Origin: a virus | Taxonomy: Duplodnaviria > Heunggongvirae > Uroviricota > Caudoviricetes | Direction: 5' to 3' (one strand) | DNA length: 11,255 nucleotides | Virus record (IMG/VR): IMGVR_UViG_2541047875_000011 | Span: 1 to 11,255 of that record | In this document: in pieces, positions 8,242 through 11,255 of the stretch | Numbering within the stretch: the stretch's first letter is position 1 | How the letters are laid out: every line of letters begins with the position of its first letter | The notes under the pieces: model-generated | The model's database searches: none | What the model saw: the letters and a program-made list of their open reading frames with translations, nothing else | What the model was told of the DNA's origin: nothing | Program-made: the position numbers and the translations under genes

Positions 8242-8278
8242 AACAGCGGTACGTCGTATGAAAGAACTTACCGCTGTT
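8242..8278 (-). terminator. Candidate stem-loop / terminator downstream of the dinI-like gene on the minus strand
   Basis: 10-bp inverted repeat AACAGCGGTA (8242-8251) / TACCGCTGTT (8269-8278) with a 17-nt loop. On the minus strand it is followed by TTCTTTAT. An outer inverted repeat TTCACCAG (8212-8219) / CTGGTGAA (8281-8288) flanks it. Confidence 0.3.
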
Positions 8279-8345
8279 GGCTGGTGAACTTTTCGATAGT
8301 GCGAGTATTGAATGATTTCCAGCCGTTACCGATTTTACTCGTTAA

Positions 8346-8594
8346 TTAGCGAACAAACCACTCGTCAGCAGACTCCCAGGTATCTTTCAGCGTCTCCTGA
8401 ACAAAAGTTTTTGCAGAATCTTTATCGGCGGTGCGAGTAACTGAAAGGCCATCGTTGCTGGTGGCTTTTATGATCACTTCTACATCGTCATAACGCTTAC
8501 TGATGCGTCGGGTTAATTCTTCCTTTAACGCATCCACAGCACCGTTTGGCATTTTAGTCATTTTTTCTTTGGCTATGCAGATCTCAATACGCAT
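8346..8594 (-). CDS. DinI-like protein (DinI family, SOS-induced RecA modulator homologue), 82 aa
   Basis: [31 protein letters not shown]...[11 protein letters not shown] resembles E. coli DinI (MRIEVTIAK ... ETWESADDWF). SD GAGGGA upstream; tandem LexA boxes in the promoter region. Confidence 0.8.
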   Translation of the reverse strand: MRIEICIAKEKMTKMPNGAVDALKEELTRRISKRYDDVEVIIKATSNDGLSVTRTADKDSAKTFVQETLKDTWESADEWFVR

Positions 8595-8607
8595 AAAAGT
8601 CCCTCTA

Positions 8608-8627
8608 TACTGTGTTTGTATACAGTA
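8608..8627. promoter_or_regulatory. LexA (SOS) box 1 upstream of the dinI-like gene
   Basis: TACTGTGTTTGTATACAGTA is a perfect match to the TACTGT-N8-ACAGTA consensus, 14 bp upstream of the dinI-like start codon. Confidence 0.8.
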
Positions 8628-8635
8628 TTATTTTT

Positions 8636-8655
8636 AACTGTATGGATAAACAGTG
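8636..8655. promoter_or_regulatory. LexA (SOS) box 2, abutting the integrase stop codon
   Basis: AACTGTATGGATAAACAGTG contains CTGT-N8-ACAG, 8 bp from box 1 and directly adjacent to the integrase stop at 8656-8658. Confidence 0.65.
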
Positions 8656-9753
8656 TCAAGAGGTCTTATTTCTGCTCCTTTGGAGCTCTTCAAAACGATT
8701 ATGTAAAGATTTCGGATACAGTTCAGTATATACCTGCCATAGCACGTTTAATGAACGATGCCCTGTGACCTGGGCGACTTCCTCAATACTAAAACCAGCC
8801 TCAAATAAGCGACTTGCCCCTTCTCTACGCAAATCATGGTATCGCAGATCCTTAATACCTAATTTGCTTCTTACCCTCTGAAATCCCGCAGTAACAGAAG
8901 TGCTGTTATATGGAAAAATGAATTCCGATTTTTTGGGCTGTCGTTGGACGATATCCCAGGCTTCCCCAAGCAAGGCTACTTTCATGTGGTTGCCTTCCTT
9001 TTTGCGTGGATCTTTCCTGTCTCTTACGAGTATAGATTTTTGTTCCTGGTCGAGATCTTCCCATCGTAACCGGCATACTTCTCCGATCCGCATACAGGAC
9101 CACACAGAAAATTTGAGGATATCAACGAACGGAATTTTTGAGCATTTATGAGTAGATCGTTGTTGAAGGCCTTCAATGAGCATGTCCAGTTCATCAGATG
9201 CTGGTCTACGATTACGACGGTTTGATTTACCAATCAAACCAAGTTTAAGTAGATATGGGCGAGCGCTTTTCGCCGGGTTTGATGTGTAATTAATTCCGTA
9301 TACAGGTTTGGCCGCATCCAGAACACTGCCAAGATAACTAACATCGTGGCTGACTGTTGCTGGACCTGCACCAGCGTTGTTTCTTAGCCTGCAATGTTCA
9401 ATTACGTCATTTTCTGTCAGTTCAGATAGTTTGATCGCGGAGATGTCACTATCCATAAGCAGTTCCAGCACATATCTTTTAGTACGGCCTGCTTTACCTC
9501 CGGCATTTGGGTCATTTAAATATTTGTGTAGTAAGTCACGGACTGTAAGTCCGTCAACTGCATTTGATGATGGAATGCCATATAGATCTAATTCCATCAC
9601 TTTCTGTGTTCCCCATGTTTTGGCATGAGCATGTTTAGGGAATGTTTTGCTTTCCCTGTAAGTGATAACACCTTTTTCTTTGATAATCACATTACAGCGA
9701 TAGCGTGGTGTGCCATCGGATTTTAGTCGTTTCTCTATGTTATAGTACGCCAT
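8656..9753 (-). CDS. int: Prophage tyrosine integrase (site-specific recombinase, dusA-targeting type by context)
   Basis: 365-aa ORF with a C-terminal catalytic region carrying H-x-x-R (YHDLRREGASRL) and the tyrosine nucleophile (LWQVYTELY). SD GAGG 7 nt upstream on the minus strand. Divergent from dusA and only 88 bp from it. Confidence 0.9.
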   Translation of the reverse strand: MAYYNIEKRLKSDGTPRYRCNVIIKEKGVITYRESKTFPKHAHAKTWGTQKVMELDLYGIPSSNAVDGLTVRDLLHKYLNDPNAGGKAGRTKRYVLELLMDSDISAIKLSELTENDVIEHCRLRNNAGAGPATVSHDVSYLGSVLDAAKPVYGINYTSNPAKSARPYLLKLGLIGKSNRRNRRPASDELDMLIEGLQQRSTHKCSKIPFVDILKFSVWSCMRIGEVCRLRWEDLDQEQKSILVRDRKDPRKKEGNHMKVALLGEAWDIVQRQPKKSEFIFPYNSTSVTAGFQRVRSKLGIKDLRYHDLRREGASRLFEAGFSIEEVAQVTGHRSLNVLWQVYTELYPKSLHNRFEELQRSRNKTS

Positions 9754-9772
9754 TACACGACCTCGTTATTTC

Positions 9773-9808
9773 GGGTTCCCATAAAACGTGGGAACCTGTG
9801 CGGGAACC
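9773..9808. promoter_or_regulatory. Repeat cluster in the int-dusA intergenic region: candidate integrase arm-type sites or operator
   Basis: Inverted repeat GGTTCCCA (9774-9781) / TGGGAACC (9789-9796) with a 7-nt loop, plus a further direct copy of GGGAACC at 9802-9808. Confidence 0.4.
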
Positions 9809-9841
9809 TAACGCGAGAAAAATAGCCTGAAATGTTCAAAA

Positions 9842-10879
9842 ATGCACGATAATCATGAAACACAAAAAATTAATCAAACCAGCGTGATGCCTGAAAAAAC
9901 TGGTGTTTACTGGAATTCTCGGTTTAGCATTGCTCCTATGCTTGACTGGACGGACAGACATTGCCGTTATTTCTTGCGTCTGCTTTCCCGCAATACGTTG
10001 TTGTATACCGAAATGGTGACCACAGGGGCGATTATTCACGGTAAAGGTGATTACCTGGCGTACAGTGAAGAAGAACATCCGGTAGCGTTGCAACTCGGGG
10101 GTAGCGATCCGGCGGCGCTGGCACAGTGTGCGAAGCTGGCAGAAGCGCGTGGATATGATGAGATCAACCTGAATGTCGGCTGCCCGTCTGACCGGGTGCA
10201 GAACGGCATGTTTGGTGCGTGTCTGATGGGTAATGCGCAGCTGGTTGCCGACTGCGTGAAAGCGATGCGCGATGTGGTGTCGATTCCGGTGACGGTGAAA
10301 ACGCGTATTGGCATCGATGATCAGGACAGCTATGAATTTCTCTGCGATTTCATCAACACCGTTTCCGGCAAAGGTGAGTGTGAGATGTTCATCATCCACG
10401 CACGTAAAGCCTGGCTTTCTGGGTTAAGTCCGAAAGAAAACCGTGAGATCCCGCCTCTCGATTATCCGCGTGTGTATCAACTGAAGCGTGACTTTCCGCA
10501 TCTGACGATGTCGATTAACGGTGGTATCAAGTCGCTGGAAGAAGCTAAAGCGCATTTGCAACATATGGATGGCGTGATGGTCGGGCGCGAGGCGTATCAG
10601 AATCCGGGTATTCTGGCGGCGGTAGACCGAGAGATTTTTGGTTCCTCGGATACCGATGCCGATCCGGTGGCGGTAGTGCGCGCCATGTATCCGTACATTG
10701 AGCGTGAACTCAGCCAGGGTACGTATCTCGGCCATATTACCCGGCATATGCTGGGCTTGTTCCAGGGTATTCCTGGCGCGCGGCAGTGGCGGCGTTATTT
10801 AAGTGAAAATGCCCATAAAGCGGGTGCAGACATTAATGTGCTGGAACACGCGCTCAAACTGGTGGCGGATAAGCGTTAA
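9842..10879 (+). CDS. dusA: tRNA-dihydrouridine(20/20a) synthase DusA
   Basis: 345-aa ORF with the Dus family TIM-barrel signature ([33 protein letters not shown], catalytic Cys region). It matches E. coli DusA essentially along its full length as I recall it. An alternative start at ATG 9887 (MPEKTG...) would give 330 aa. Confidence 0.93.
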   Translation: MHDNHETQKINQTSVMPEKTGVYWNSRFSIAPMLDWTDRHCRYFLRLLSRNTLLYTEMVTTGAIIHGKGDYLAYSEEEHPVALQLGGSDPAALAQCAKLAEARGYDEINLNVGCPSDRVQNGMFGACLMGNAQLVADCVKAMRDVVSIPVTVKTRIGIDDQDSYEFLCDFINTVSGKGECEMFIIHARKAWLSGLSPKENREIPPLDYPRVYQLKRDFPHLTMSINGGIKSLEEAKAHLQHMDGVMVGREAYQNPGILAAVDREIFGSSDTDADPVAVVRAMYPYIERELSQGTYLGHITRHMLGLFQGIPGARQWRRYLSENAHKAGADINVLEHALKLVADKR

Positions 10880-10944
10880 CTTTTCACCAAAAAGTAGTCA
10901 AATTCACCACGCCCTGCGCACCGTCGCGGGGCGTTTTGCTGTTA

Positions 10945-10976
10945 AATCAATAGATTATTTTTGGCATGATTCTTGT
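10945..10976 (+). promoter_or_regulatory. sigma54 (RpoN) promoter of pspG with adjacent IHF site
   Basis: TGGCAT-N5-TTGTA (10962-10977) fits the -24 GG / -12 element spacing. AATCAATAGATTA (10945-10957) fits the IHF consensus WATCAANNNNTTR. A direct repeat TTCACCA at 10883-10889 and 10903-10909 is a possible PspF enhancer site. Confidence 0.6.
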
Positions 10977-11012
10977 AATGCCAGCAAGAGATTTCATATT
11001 TGGGAGAGCATC

Positions 11013-11255
11013 ATGCTGGAACTACTTTTTGTAATTGGCTTTTTTGTCATGCTGATGGTCACCGGTGTTTCGTTGCTGGGTATTATCGCCGCGCTGATTG
11101 TGGCGACGGCCTTTATGTTCCTCGGCGGTATGCTGGCATTGATGATTAAGTTGCTGCCGTGGCTGCTGTTGGCGGTTGCGGTGGTGTGGGTGATCAGGGC
11201 GATTAAAGCACCAAAAGTGCCGAAATATCAGCGTTATGACCGCTGGCGTTACTAA
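11013..11255 (+). CDS. pspG: Phage shock protein G
   Basis: 80-aa hydrophobic protein MLELLFVIGFFVMLMVTGVSLLGIIAALIV...KYQRYDRWRY from ATG 11013 to TAA 11253-11255, with SD GGGAGAG 7 nt upstream. The track ORF from 10803 is an upstream in-frame extension through the promoter. Confidence 0.9.
   Translation: MLELLFVIGFFVMLMVTGVSLLGIIAALIVATAFMFLGGMLALMIKLLPWLLLAVAVVWVIRAIKAPKVPKYQRYDRWRY

Larger units (their letters stand above)
1..9841. mobile_element. Lambdoid prophage, right arm (tail tip, tail fibres, accessory genes, integrase), integrated at the 5' end of dusA; the left part is outside the window and the right boundary is approximate
   Basis: Phage gene order J-lom-stf-(tfa)-accessory-int, then host dusA/pspG. 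The att core probably lies within the first ~150 bp of dusA and cannot be located without the other junction. Confidence 0.85.

Noticed and set aside
8457-8464. Chi site GCTGGTGG on the plus strand within the dinI-like gene
   Set aside because: Chi octamers occur every few kb in E. coli DNA; a single copy inside a coding region is not informative.
9836-10747. Minus-strand ORFs 9836-10399, 10051-10314 and 10424-10747 opposite dusA
   Set aside because: Antisense shadows of the dusA frame; DusA has unambiguous family signatures.
10803-11012. Track ORF extending pspG upstream to 10803 (150 aa)
   Set aside because: The extension overlaps the dusA 3' end and runs through the sigma54 promoter and IHF site. 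ATG 11013 has a proper SD and gives the 80-aa hydrophobic PspG.

Overview
This window reads as the right-hand end of a lambdoid prophage integrated at the 5' end of host dusA, followed by host pspG. Left to right: the 3' ~2.2 kb of the tail-tip gene J, lom, and a mosaic side tail fibre gene (stf) whose C-terminal part sits in a low-GC island together with a small acidic ORF, a coiled-coil mini-ORF and a two-helix membrane protein gene. Then come a frameshifted tfa 3' remnant, a second frameshifted tail fibre gene with a downstream chaperone-like ORF, and on the minus strand a YkgJ-type Cys-cluster gene, a dinI-like gene behind two LexA boxes, and a tyrosine integrase divergent from dusA. No CRISPR array, rRNA or tRNA was seen. 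The most unusual content is the stacked, partly decayed tail-fibre modules with the inserted small genes at 3955-6150 and the SOS-wired int/dinI/ykgJ block next to the dusA attachment end. I did not identify a clearly novel system; all family assignments are from reading the translations and motifs and need database confirmation.
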